A stretch of 64,000 nucleotides of DNA from Arcobacteraceae bacterium (GCA_965224485.1 CBDCZH010000010.1:454958-518957); one strand, 5' to 3'. Shown: positions 9,493-20,177, numbered from the stretch's first letter. Made by a program: numbers and translations. Notes: generated from the sequence alone by a model not told the origin.

Positions 9493-9667
9493 AAATAACA
9501 AGTATTTTAGCTTTAAATGGACTTCAATTTTAATGAAAATTATTGAAAAAGAACAAAATATTCAAAATATCACTATTTTTCATTATTATAGGTACATAAA
9601 TGATGTCTATTAATACTGTATATTTGTGTTAATAGGTATAGAGTGTTCCATGAATAAATAGTTATGT
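9493..9667 (+). other. Degenerate attC/attI-like site at the head of the cassette array
   Basis: AAATAAC (9493)...GTTATGT (9661); GTTATGT is complementary to ACATAAC at the end of cassette 1. Confidence 0.45.
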
Positions 9668-9843
9668 GACGGATTCAAAGAAAAAGTTTTAATAAGAAAC
9701 TTGAGCTCTAAAAATAAAGAAATACTATTTAAAAAGAAATAAAGTTGTATGGATCTACTAATAATCTCATAATTAAAGATGAAACAAATCTTTTATATTA
9801 GTAGTAAATATAAGATGATGAAAATACAATATAAAGTGAATAT

Positions 9844-12744
9844 ATGAATTACATAGAAGAAATTTTAGATAACCCAAATGAAACATTGACTGTAGAATTT
9901 AAAAGGGAGTGGTATTGGAATAAAAAGGAAGAAGATAAAAATAGACTAAATTGGGATGAGTTTTTAAAAGATTTTATTGCATTGTGTAATATCCCAGAAG
10001 ATAATAAATATTTTATTATTGGAATAAGTGATGGTGGCAATAATTTTTTTAATTATTTTGAAGATAGTACTAACAATAAATTAAATTTTTTCAATAGAGA
10101 TTTAGATGAAATTAGAAATGAAATTATAAAAAAAATATTAAATTCTTTTGAATGTTACTATTTTGATAATGAATTACTAGATAATGAAAAAGATATTTTT
10201 CTAAAAAATATTATTTTTGACATTTTTGACATAGAAAATAAAGAAATCTTAGTTATAAAAATAAACCAATTTCCATTTTTATTAAGACTAAAAAAAGATA
10301 GAAATCTAAAGAAATATAGAGAAAAAAGTATTCTTGTCAGAACCATTAATAACGATGGTCCTGGATGTACAGTATTAGACGAGGAACAAAAAGAAAAATA
10401 CAAAATAGATTTTGGTATAATTTATCATAAATTTAAAATGTTATCATCAAAAAATACGATTAAAAACATGATAGATGTATATGCAAAATTTTTGTATAAT
10501 AGATTCCATATAGTATTAGAACACGAACATGACAGAGCTTATAGTGATAGTAACTTTTTTGAGATTTATTCTATTAATCAAAATGAAAAACATTTGGAAA
10601 TTTTTATTTACTTTTCAAAATATACTTCAATCCAAAAAGTACTAGAAAATGAAATCTTAAGAAAATATATAAATATTTTAAAAAAATACCAAGATGTATA
10701 TGTTGTTTTTGAAGAACAACGAGATTTTAAAAGAATAGTATCAAGAATTTCAGTTGATACGATAGCAGTAGAAAATGAAAAAATACTTATTATAAAGAAA
10801 GAGATAAAATATTTTGAGTCATCTACTCAATTTATAGAAAGTACAATATATAATCAAATCAAAAATGAAATTGAAAATGAAGTATTGTTCCCAAAAGTAT
10901 TTTCAGGTGTTTTCGTAAATCCTCTAATAAATGATAGTGATATAGATATAATATCTACAATGAAGGAATGGATTAAAACTAAACACTCACCAATATTCGC
11001 ATTAATTGGAGGTGGTGGCGTTGGAAAAACTACAATCGCAAAAAAGTTTAGCTCTCAAATAGAAAATGATATTATTTTTATAGATTCTAAAGAATTAATA
11101 TCAAATTTAAAATATATTGAAAAACTAAATTCTATATATGATTTTGTAAAACTTTTTATTAAATCCCAAGATGATTTAGAAATTGATGAAAACTATTTTA
11201 CTGAAGAATTGATAAATATATTAGTAGATAGTGGAAAATTGCTAATAGTTATAGATGGTTTAGATGAAGTGATTTTGAACTATTCTGATTTTGATTTAAA
11301 TACTTTTATTAAAACAATTTATAAGAACTGTTTGGACAATCTTGGTAAAACAAAGATATTACTTACTATTAGAGATACATTTTGGAAAAAAGATTATGAA
11401 AATAATATAAGCAGTTTTATGATTAACGGTTTTAATATTGAAAAATCAAAAGAATATTTTCTCCAAAAATTACCAAATGATAAATTAGCTAATAAGGCAT
11501 TAGAACTACTTCAAAATAACCTTAGTGATGATAATATATTTTCACCTTTTATTTTGGAGATTATAAGTTTAGCAGTAGAAAATAAAATTTCTAAAGAAAG
11601 TATTGATAGTGATTTAATTTGTAGAGATATTTTTATTGACATTTTAATCTATCATATTTGTAATAGAGAAGTTATAAAGTTTCCTAATATCCATGACAAA
11701 AAGATAGATGAACAAGTAAAGTTTTTTATAAAAATGGCTATTAATTATAATGGAGAAATTACTTTAAATCAATTACTTAGTGTATTTGAGAAGGACATGG
11801 CAGAAGCATACCAAGCACATGTTCTTTTATCTTTTGATGGAGAAATACTATCATTCAAATTTGATATATTAATTGAATATTTTAAAATGTTAAATATCAT
11901 CAAAGTTGTTAATCTAAACAGTACTAATTATCAAGAAAATTTATTGGTAGAAGAAAATAATGAATTATGTAAGCAAGTATATTTAGATACTAAAAATTTA
12001 GTACGAATAGATTGTAAAATTGAAGACCTAAAATTTTTATATATTCAAATATTAGACAAAGTAGAGAGTATTCAAGAATTAGAAAAATATCTATATATTT
12101 ATAGTTTTATTTTATCAATAATATTAAGACTTAATACTAACCAAGATAAACAGTCAAATACTGAACTTCTAAAAGAATTATTAGATAGAAATAAGATATA
12201 TATAGGATTATGTTTATCTAATAATCATCTACATGACAAATTTCTATTTAATTTTAATGACATGAAATTTAAATATAGTTATATTGACTATAAATATTTT
12301 GGTGATAGTACATTTAATAATGAAAAAATATTTTATAATAGTTCCATTCAAGGCGATTATGATGTAAAATACAATTTCTCTGAAATAAATTTTTGCTCTT
12401 CATCAATCTTATCAGATAGTATGAAAAAGATATTGCAGCTTAAAGAAGAAGATATTGTAGATTTAAACAAGAAAATTAAAGATAATATTCTAGGAATTCT
12501 AGGAAAGTTTTATAGACATTCTTTTAGAGAAATTAAAAAAGAAAGATTGAAAAGTGTTCATTACAGTACCTTAATATTCTTGATAAAAGAAGGAATAGTA
12601 ATAAAGGAATATATAACAACATCTAGTAAAAGAAATGAAGAAAGTTTTACAATAAATAAAGAATATCAAAGTGATATAGAAATGATTTTAAGTAAGCAAA
12701 TAGAAGATTTAAAATTGATTGATGATTTAATTATAAAGTATTAA
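9844..12744 (+). CDS. Schlafen/AlbA_2-like domain fused to a NACHT (STAND) NTPase; candidate anti-phage protein (cassette 1)
   Basis: N-term ETLTVEFKREW..EFLKDFIALCN..YFIIGISD; Walker A GGGGVGKTT; Walker B LLIVIDGLDE; LLTIRD sensor. Confidence 0.8.
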   Translation: MNYIEEILDNPNETLTVEFKREWYWNKKEEDKNRLNWDEFLKDFIALCNIPEDNKYFIIGISDGGNNFFNYFEDSTNNKLNFFNRDLDEIRNEIIKKILNSFECYYFDNELLDNEKDIFLKNIIFDIFDIENKEILVIKINQFPFLLRLKKDRNLKKYREKSILVRTINNDGPGCTVLDEEQKEKYKIDFGIIYHKFKMLSSKNTIKNMIDVYAKFLYNRFHIVLEHEHDRAYSDSNFFEIYSINQNEKHLEIFIYFSKYTSIQKVLENEILRKYINILKKYQDVYVVFEEQRDFKRIVSRISVDTIAVENEKILIIKKEIKYFESSTQFIESTIYNQIKNEIENEVLFPKVFSGVFVNPLINDSDIDIISTMKEWIKTKHSPIFALIGGGGVGKTTIAKKFSSQIENDIIFIDSKELISNLKYIEKLNSIYDFVKLFIKSQDDLEIDENYFTEELINILVDSGKLLIVIDGLDEVILNYSDFDLNTFIKTIYKNCLDNLGKTKILLTIRDTFWKKDYENNISSFMINGFNIEKSKEYFLQKLPNDKLANKALELLQNNLSDDNIFSPFILEIISLAVENKISKESIDSDLICRDIFIDILIYHICNREVIKFPNIHDKKIDEQVKFFIKMAINYNGEITLNQLLSVFEKDMAEAYQAHVLLSFDGEILSFKFDILIEYFKMLNIIKVVNLNSTNYQENLLVEENNELCKQVYLDTKNLVRIDCKIEDLKFLYIQILDKVESIQELEKYLYIYSFILSIILRLNTNQDKQSNTELLKELLDRNKIYIGLCLSNNHLHDKFLFNFNDMKFKYSYIDYKYFGDSTFNNEKIFYNSSIQGDYDVKYNFSEINFCSSSILSDSMKKILQLKEEDIVDLNKKIKDNILGILGKFYRHSFREIKKERLKSVHYSTLIFLIKEGIVIKEYITTSSKRNEESFTINKEYQSDIEMILSKQIEDLKLIDDLIIKY

Positions 12745-12773
12745 AACAATTCAATATGTTAGGAAGATTAAAC

Positions 12774-12827
12774 ACATAACAAGTACTAGCAGCGAACGCA
12801 AAGCGTCTCTGAAGTAAAACGTTATCT
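12774..12827 (+). other. attC site 1 (54 bp)
   Basis: ACATAAC...GTTATCT with inner stems tact/agta, cag/ctg and acgc-aaa-gcgt. Confidence 0.8.
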
Positions 12828-12842
12828 TAAAGGAGTAACAAA

Positions 12843-13253
12843 ATGGATGAAAAAAAAATAGTAGAATTTCAAGAAATTAAAACTGACAATTGCAAAATAG
12901 ATACAGCAATTAAACAAGGAAATCAAATTATTTCAGTTTTAAAAAAGATGGGAATTACTGAGGCAACATTTGATACTGGAATGTATGTTAAAAATGATAT
13001 GGAAAATAATACTTCTGTTATTTCTTCAGAAGGTATCACAATGCATAAAAATAAGCATACTACAAATATTACAATTTTAAATGAAGGTAGTACCAAGGAA
13101 GAAGCATTAAAAGAAATCAAAGATAATGGCGATACCCAAAAAGTATTAGGTGCTTTTGCTGGAACAACACAACAAAATATTTCAAAGACACTTATAGAAG
13201 ACAAAGATAACAAATCCTTGGAAGAAGAACAAGTGACCCCTACGAGTAAATAA
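12843..13253 (+). CDS. Hypothetical protein with possible C-terminal HTH (cassette 2)
   Basis: AAGGAG RBS right after attC1; TQKVLGAFAGTTQQNISK is HTH-like; the ORF reads into attC2. Confidence 0.65.
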   Translation: MDEKKIVEFQEIKTDNCKIDTAIKQGNQIISVLKKMGITEATFDTGMYVKNDMENNTSVISSEGITMHKNKHTTNITILNEGSTKEEALKEIKDNGDTQKVLGAFAGTTQQNISKTLIEDKDNKSLEEEQVTPTSK

Positions 13254-13339
13254 GCCTAAATTAGCTTTAATATCGTGGTAATAATAAGAAATCAGCAAAC
13301 TGTTTGAGGGGTCATTGTCCTTCAGTTCTATCGTTATGT
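13205..13339 (+). other. attC site 2 (135 bp)
   Basis: AGATAAC...GTTATGT; arms gaagaacaagtgacccct / aggggtcattgtccttc. Confidence 0.8.
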
Positions 13340-13360
13340 TTAGTATATAGGAGTAAAAGA

Positions 13361-14550
13361 ATGAATTTAGTATTTGATTTTTCAGAAGAAAGTTTTATTG
13401 AACTTTGTAGTAAAAATATACAAAGAGATAAAACAACAATTTTTCAAGATATTTATGAATCATTAATATCTTTTTTAAATATACAATCTGTGAATACACA
13501 ATTAAATATATCAGAAATAAAACATTCTTATGAAACAGAATATTATGATAAACACCTATCTTTAAAAGACTATATTGATAATGGTTTTATTGATTTCTAT
13601 TATCCAAAAATTGATATTTATTCATTGAAAGAGAATAATATAAATTTCAATACAATAACTTTACCAAGTTTTTTAAAATTAAATCATATTGATTATGGAT
13701 TTGATGTTAAAAAAAATGTAAAAATAAAAGAACATAATTTAAAAACAAAAAATAGAATTACAATTGAATTATTACACTTAGTAATTGATAAATGTATATT
13801 AACAAAAATAATGGGAAATATTAATAATACAAAGCAAGAGATACTTTTACCGTCAAAATTAGGAGTTTGGGAATGGAGACAAACTTTTTATAATAAAATA
13901 AATAAGAAAATTTATTTCTGTGATTGTTTTAAGAATGCACTTGAAAAAATACAAAAAGAAGATTGCTTAACAAACATACATAAACATACTGAAATTGCAT
14001 TAAGAGATAAAAGCTTTAAGCACAAGATATGTCATATTTGTTTAGAAACAAATTCTGATTTATTTTATTGTCATAAGATGTACGGTTCACCAATTAAAGT
14101 TAAATATGGTGCATATATTAAAAAACTAGAGATAGAAAAAGACATAGATGAAAAAGAAGCAGAAAACCAAATAAGAGAATTAAAAGGGGTAGCTAAAATT
14201 GGTGATAAATGGGTAAATGAAACTATATTATTTAATTATATTAAAATATTATTTTCTCAATATTCAGTTGAACGAGAAGCATCACCAATTTGGATTGACA
14301 GACAAAGATTAGATATAATTTATACCAGAATTAAATCTTGCAGTTGAATATCAAGGAGAACAAACATTTTAAACCAGTATCAATCTTTGGAGGTAAAGAA
14401 GGTTTATTAAAAGCAAAAGAAAGAGATAAATTAAAATTACAAAAATGTAAAAAGAATAAAATTGATCTAATTTATTTTACATATAAAGAAAATTTATCAG
14501 AAAAACTAGTTATAAAGAAATTAAAAGCATATTTAAAAGAAAAAACATAA
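13361..14550 (+). CDS. Putative PD-(D/E)xK / Vsr-like nuclease with Cys motifs, frameshifted near 14320-14370 (cassette 3)
   Basis: Joining frames gives approximately QRLDI-IPELNLAVEYQGEQHFKP...RDKLK; CDC and CHIC motifs; AGGAG RBS before ATG 13361. Confidence 0.65.
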
Positions 14551-14682
14551 CAACAAACATTGGAAGAAGAAAGAGGCTACCACGGCGATAATTCAACCTT
14601 TTAAGTGTCGTATTAAGCAAGTTGAAGACCGAATAATCAAGGCCGTTAAATCGCCATCGTCCTTCAATTTAGGCCGTTATAC
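14545..14682 (+). other. attC site 3 (138 bp)
   Basis: ACATAAC...GTTATAC; ttggaagaaga / tccttcaa arms as in attC2; inner ggcgat/atcgcc. Confidence 0.78.
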
Positions 14683-14710
14683 ATCAAAAAATATAGGAAA
14701 GAGGTAATCC

Positions 14711-15452
14711 ATGGAAATAGACAGAAAAAACACTTATTTGATGCTACGTAATCGTATGGAAAACGTTGGATTTATCTTTGAGAAAGAACAACAGCCTCAT
14801 TTTCAAAGCCATCGGGGGAAAGAGTTGAAATTTGTACACATCCTCAATTAGAAGAAAAATTTGCTAAATACAATATTAAGAACAGGCCTAAAAAGTTCTA
14901 TTTAAAGCAACTGACTGATGATGAAAACAGTGAAATTGGATTAACTATAAGTAAATCATCTCCATTATTTCATATGAATGATTTTTCTACGCCTAATGCA
15001 GTTGATACCTACAAAAATACTGAATTAAATGCTTGGGTAAACAGAAAAAATGATGAAGCTTTGTACAGTTTACTTCAATCAATAAATAACTACATATCTT
15101 CAACATTTGATGAATTAGAAGAAAAATTTTTAAATGATGTGAAAAAATCTATGATTAAAAGTCAAATAGAGAGAAAAAGTAGCCTAAATTCTGCGACTAA
15201 AAATCCAGAAAAAATTATCGTAAAAACTGTAGTTTACAAAAGAAATTCAGATGTAGTAGCGGAAGCGCTTATACTTGCAAATGGTAAATGTAGGAATTGT
15301 TCAAAAAATGCTCCATTCATAAGAAAAAAAGATTGTTCCCCATACTTAGAGGTTCACCATATCGTACCACCTTTCAGAAGGTGGTGAAGATACAGTCGAA
15401 AATGTAAATTGCTCTTTGCCCTAATTGTCATCGTGAGAAACATTTTGGTTAG
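14711..15452 (+). CDS. HNH endonuclease, frameshifted (cassette 4)
   Basis: CRNC...PYLEVHHIVP, then out-of-frame SEGGEDTVENV and ALCPNCHREKHFG*; GAGG RBS before ATG 14711. Confidence 0.75.
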
Positions 15453-15574
15453 CAAAATAAATTAGTGTATCAAAAGATGAAAACAACTAAACTATATAAC
15501 AAAATCTCTATAATTGTAACTTCAAGTAACTTGTGAAATATATTTTTGATAAATGTACTAATAATAATTTGGTA

Positions 15575-15610
15575 TTGTGTCCCCGGAATTCGTTGTGTCC
15601 CCGGAATTCG
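15575..15610. repeat. Exact 18-bp tandem duplication TTGTGTCCCCGGAATTCG x2
   Basis: 15575-15592 identical to 15593-15610; GC-rich in an AT-rich context. Confidence 0.9.
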
Positions 15611-15735
15611 AATTTTTTTGTTCTTGACTTATAATTATAATATCATTATAATATAATTATGAAAACAATTAATTTTTCTTGGGACAGTTGCCACCTTAAA
15701 ATATAATAAAGTATTTACTGTTTTAAAAAGAAATT

Positions 15736-16709
15736 TTATCTTTTATTCACATCGAACCTTTCGTTATTTTTATATAAACTATGAGCTATTACTATCATCT
15801 TTCTCATAACTGCTATTTGAGCTACTGTGGTATGTTTACCATTTCCTTTTAGTCTTTCATAAAACTCTTTTAGTTTTTCATTTTTTTGTACTGCTACCAT
15901 TACTGGCATAAACAGTGTTCCTCTACAAATCTTTGAGCCTGCTTTTGATATTCTTGTTTTACCTCGTACTGAAGTTCCTGAACTCTTTTCAATTGGATCA
16001 AGTCCTGCTAAAGAAACTATTTGTCTTTGGTTTGCATCTGGATATTGTAAAAAAGTGATATATTAATATAATTGCTGATATTTGACCAATACCTACAATT
16101 GTTTGAATATTTAAAAATGATTGATACAACTTTTTATCTTTTGAAAGATAAGTAAGTATCTTTTTAATTATTCGCTCTTCTTGTTTTTTTAAGAATTTAT
16201 ATTGCATTTCTAATTCTTTAAGTACATAAGAAGAATCACTTTTTGCTTTCAACGAAGATGCATGATTTTTATTTTGTGTTTGTTGCTTAATAATTAGTTT
16301 ATAACAGGTTATAGCTTCTTTAATTGCTTCAACATTATCATTAATGATAGGAATCTTTATTTCTTCTTCTCTTGCAGTTATAATCATTTGTGAGAGCAAT
16401 CTAGCATCTTCTATATCATTTTTGTTTCTATTTCCTATTACTTTTGCCAAAGTTAGCACTTTTTTTAGGATTTACAATAAAACAATTAATATTTTTACTT
16501 GCACAAAATTTTGTTAAAGTAAAGGAGTAAGTACCTGTTGGCTCATATACAAAAACTAATTTATCAAACTCTTTTTTATATAGTTTTTTTAACTTTGAGT
16601 ATAAGCTTTTAATTGATTTTAAATCATTAGTAATTACTAAATCTAATTCATTAATAGGCACATAGATATTAATTGTTGACTTACTTACATCTAATCCGAT
16701 AGAATACAT
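15736..16709 (-). CDS. IS110 DEDD recombinase/transposase (two frameshifts, ~16435 and ~16050)
   Basis: IGLDVSK, YEPTG and KNDIEDA (DEDD RuvC fold); C-terminal GLDPIEKSSGTSVRGKTRISKAG and AVMRK. Confidence 0.9.
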
Positions 16710-16960
16710 ACTTGAACCTTTGTATTAATATAAAGAGTTCGTTAGAGTAGGAGTTTCTCCTACTCGATAATGTGTTACACCCAAATTTAGACTTATAAAA
16801 TTCGAACTAGATATTATCCGTTCTTGTTGCCACTCAAATTTAAAGTATAACTATTTAACTCACTATCAAGCTAGTTATTTTTATAACCGCTTTAGTTTTT
16901 CATCAATATATTATCTTTCAAACTCTTTGCAAATATACTATCATATTCACATAATTTCAT
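16710..16960 (-). ncRNA. Candidate IS110 bridge RNA
   Basis: Structured non-coding end containing GTGGCAAC (identical to the IS right end) and TATAAGT (complementary to the predicted circle junction) on either side of an inner hairpin. Confidence 0.6.
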
Positions 16961-17229
16961 TATATAAATACCAAAGCTAAATCAAATTTCATCAAACATA
17001 AGATTTCTTTTGAAGAAGCGAAAACTGTGTTTGATGATGATAATGCAAGATTAATATATGACCCAGATCACAGCGAAGATGAAGATAGATTTATCTTACT
17101 TGGCTTAAGTTGTAAATTAAAGGTTTTAACAATCGTTCATTGTTATAAAGACAATGAAAATAATATTAGAATTATCAGTGCTAGGAAATCTACTAAATTA
17201 GAAACAAAACAATATAGGGAGTATATATC

Positions 17230-17440
17230 ATGAGAAAAAGAATATGATTTTAGTAATTCAGTAAAAAATCCGTATGCTAAAAAAGTAAAAAAACAAATAT
17301 CAATTAAACTTGAAAGTGATACTATTGATTATTTTAAAGAATTAGCAATTAAAGTTGGAATTCCTTATCAAAATTTGATGAACTCATATTTAACTGATTG
17401 TGCTGTTAAACATGTGGAACCCAAATTAAACTGGGGATAA
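17230..17440 (+). CDS. brnA: BrnA/CopG-type antitoxin (one extra A at ~17236-17239)
   Basis: Corrected: MRKEYDFSNSVKNPYAKKVKKQISIKLESDTIDYFKELA..GIPYQNLMNSYL; ATGA overlap with the brnT stop. Confidence 0.82.
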
Positions 17441-17442
17441 AA

Positions 17443-17564
17443 ACATAAAAAAATATTGGATAGAATAAGCAAGAAACTTTAATCAAGTTTTGTTGATATA
17501 TCTTAATCAACTGTAATTGTTTATTCTCTCTCAAACTTCTTATCTCTGAATTCAAACGTTAGCA
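17443..17564 (+). other. Degenerate attC site after the BrnTA cassette
   Basis: ACATAAA...GTTAGCA; arms gaataagcaag / cttcttatctc. Confidence 0.55.
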
Positions 17565-17619
17565 AGAGTAAAGACTTACACTTAGTTGTATGACAAATTA
17601 AATTGCACTTATTAATTGA

Positions 17620-17850
17620 ATGGGCGTAGTTAACGAACAATTTAAAAAAAAATTAATTGAACTCTTTAATAAGCCTAGAATTGTAAAAGATAAACTATCG
17701 TGTTATGAAAATGTTTATAAAATAAAACTACGAAGTGTAGGTTATCGTTTAGCTTATGAAGTAAAAGATGAAGAAATTGTTGTCCTTGTTTTAGCTCTTG
17801 GGAAAAGAGAGAAAAATAAGGTTTATGATAATTTAGGCAAAAGAATATAA
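17620..17850 (+). pseudogene. RelE/StbE-family toxin, apparently 5'-truncated, no antitoxin
   Basis: EQFKKKL...YKIKLRSVGYRLAYEV...VLALGKRE. Confidence 0.75.
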
Positions 17851-17988
17851 TTAATTCTACTTAAATTAAAAAGATTAAATTCTATCCTAGCGCTATAAAA
17901 TCTACTTTTTTAGTCTTGTGTCTAAATAAAGATAATAAATATTGTAGTATTGTTATTTTATGATAAAATTATAAAAAGGATTTATTTT

Positions 17989-18387
17989 ATGATAAAAATA
18001 TTTGTTTTACTTATTTTTCTTCTTTGTACTAGTTTAAGTGCAAAGTCTTATCCTGTATTAAAAAGTCTTGATGGTATTTCTTTATTTCAAAATGAAGCAT
18101 TATCAAAGATGTTTAAAGCTGGTACTCGTATAGTTGGTACAAATTTAAAATTTAAAAAAGAAGTTATTCAAAACTATAAAGATGATTTTACCTATGATGG
18201 TAGTGTTGCTTCTGGAAAAAAGAAAATTTCTGGAACTTGGTTTATTAAAAATAATATGATTTGTCATACTTCAAAGAAGAAAAATAAAAAGAAATGTAGA
18301 GCAATTTATAAACAAGGTATGAATTACTTTGAATTAAATAAAAAGAATATGAATATAATAATGAAATTTCAAATAACAAATAAGTAA
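17989..18387 (+). CDS. Secreted hypothetical protein
   Basis: Signal peptide; GTWFIKNNMIC...C motif; AAGGA RBS before ATG 17989. Confidence 0.7.
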   Translation: MIKIFVLLIFLLCTSLSAKSYPVLKSLDGISLFQNEALSKMFKAGTRIVGTNLKFKKEVIQNYKDDFTYDGSVASGKKKISGTWFIKNNMICHTSKKKNKKKCRAIYKQGMNYFELNKKNMNIIMKFQITNK

Positions 18388-18427
18388 TAAATATGTTTTT
18401 TATTAGCTATTTAAATAAAGGGAAAAA

Positions 18428-19145
18428 ATGAATAATGATAAAAAAATGGCTATTTTTATAGATTGTGAAAATATGAGTTCAAAATATATTGAAGAAATTT
18501 TCGCAGAACTTGCTAAACATGGTCAAGTTATGATTAGACAAGCATATAAAGATTGGGGAAGTAGGGAGCACAAACAATGGCGTGAGGTTTTACCTAAACA
18601 TGCTATTAAAGCAATACAGACTTCACGAAATAGTAAGTATAAAAATGTTTCTGATTTTCAAATAGTAATTGATGTTATGAATACTGTTCATGATAATATT
18701 GTAGATACTATTGTTTTAGTTTCAAGTGATAGTGATTATACTTCTTTAGCTATTGAGATTAAATCTAAAGGTTTTGAAGTTATTGGTTTTGGAGAAGAAA
18801 AAACTCCAAGTCCTTTTATTAACTCACTTAGTACTTTTTATAAATTAAAACTAAAAAAAAGAGAGTGATGTTAAAATAGAAGAGCAAGAGCCAAAAGAGA
18901 AGCTAGATGAAGTAGTTGTTTTCTTAAAAGATGCTATTTTAAATACTCAAGGGGATGAAGATTATGCTTTAGTTTCTCAAATAGGAACATATTTAAAAAA
19001 TAAAGATGCTTCTTTAAATGCAAAAAATTATGGTGTTAATTCTTGGGGAGATATTTTAAAACTGTATCCTGAATATTTTACAGTTAGTAATATTGGAAAA
19101 AGAAATAGTATTATGATTGTAACTTTACTTGAAAATATAGAGTAG
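18428..19145 (+). CDS. NYN-domain (LabA/DUF88) protein with C-terminal OST-HTH/LOTUS domain; frameshift in an A-run at ~18853-18860
   Basis: IFIDCEN, LVSSDSDY, VIGFG; continuation VSQIGTYLKNKDASLNAKNYG. Confidence 0.82.
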
Positions 19146-19239
19146 TTTTACAACTTTTTTAGGACTTAGTTAATTGAATACTTTATTTTTATTCTCTAAG
19201 CTCCTAAAATAGTTATGTAAATATTAGGAAGTTTATTTC

Positions 19240-20015
19240 TTACTTTTGGTTAAGGATTGCTTCATTTATACAATCCCAAAGTTTGATTCTTCTTCTTAGT
19301 GCTTCTTTACAAATCTCTATAACTTCGCTCCACTTTTGTTCATCATCGCTGCAAAGATCATTTATCATATCTAAGGCCATAGGTCCGTGTTCATCAGCAT
19401 CTACTTCTATATGTCTATCTAAGTAATATACTAGTTTTGATAAATTAGCATTTGGAGTTACATTGAATTTTCTAATAATTTCTACAAACATATCTGGAAT
19501 TAAATTTTCTCTTCCAAAAGTAAATACAGCAGCAACTAAGTGAATTTTTTTACTTTTTATAACATCAAAAGTAAAATCAATAAAGTTTTTTATTTCTTTA
19601 TTTACATTTACTAAGTTTAAGGCAGTTTCATAAGTTTTATTTTCATCTAAGTATTTAATAAAATTATCAATATTAGAAGTATTTGCATTTACTTGTTTTC
19701 ATGGCTTGAATATATAACTCAAAGTGACTCATAGCTACATTGTCATCATTAAAATCACTCTCTTCACATAATACAATATCGTTTATAAGCCTAGTTTGTT
19801 TAGTGTTTTTTTTTTGGAGTCCAAGGAACTTTTGTACAGGTTAATTCATTTTGTAAGGATTTAAGTAAGGACATAAAATCCCATACCGCAAAAACATGTA
19901 GTTCCATAAATATTTTTACATTTTTTATTGAATCTACATTTTTATATAATTTATGTTTAATTAGCTCAATTCTTAAAGGTTCTAGTTCTTCTTTTATTTT
20001 TTCAATTTGTGTCAT
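19240..20015 (-). CDS. DUF3050-like heme-oxygenase-fold protein (frameshifts ~19805 and ~19700)
   Basis: FMELHVFAVWDFMSLLKSLQ; EESD..SHFE; YYLDRHIEVDADEHGP. Confidence 0.8.
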
Positions 20016-20177
20016 ATTATCTTCTTCTTGTTTTTTTATAAAGTTTGGTATTTTACATAAAGTATTTTTTTTAAGGCTTTAGCTTTTATAATAAGTTTAA
20101 TATAGAAGATTTTATAAATAATTAGGTATTTTTTTAAAGTTACAGTAGAAAAAGTAGAGGAAGAAGGAAATCTTCTT

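Larger units (their letters stand above)
15686..16966 (-). mobile_element. IS110-family insertion sequence (~1.28 kb, no terminal IRs, no TSD)
   Basis: Ends defined by restoring the brnT frame; transposase plus a ~257-bp non-coding left end. Confidence 0.88.
15659..17233 (+). pseudogene. brnT: BrnT-family toxin interrupted by IS110
   Basis: MKTINFSWD (15659-15685) joins in frame to NTKAKSNFIKHKISFEEAKTVFDD...DHSEDEDRF...IRIISARK (16967-17233). Confidence 0.88.
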
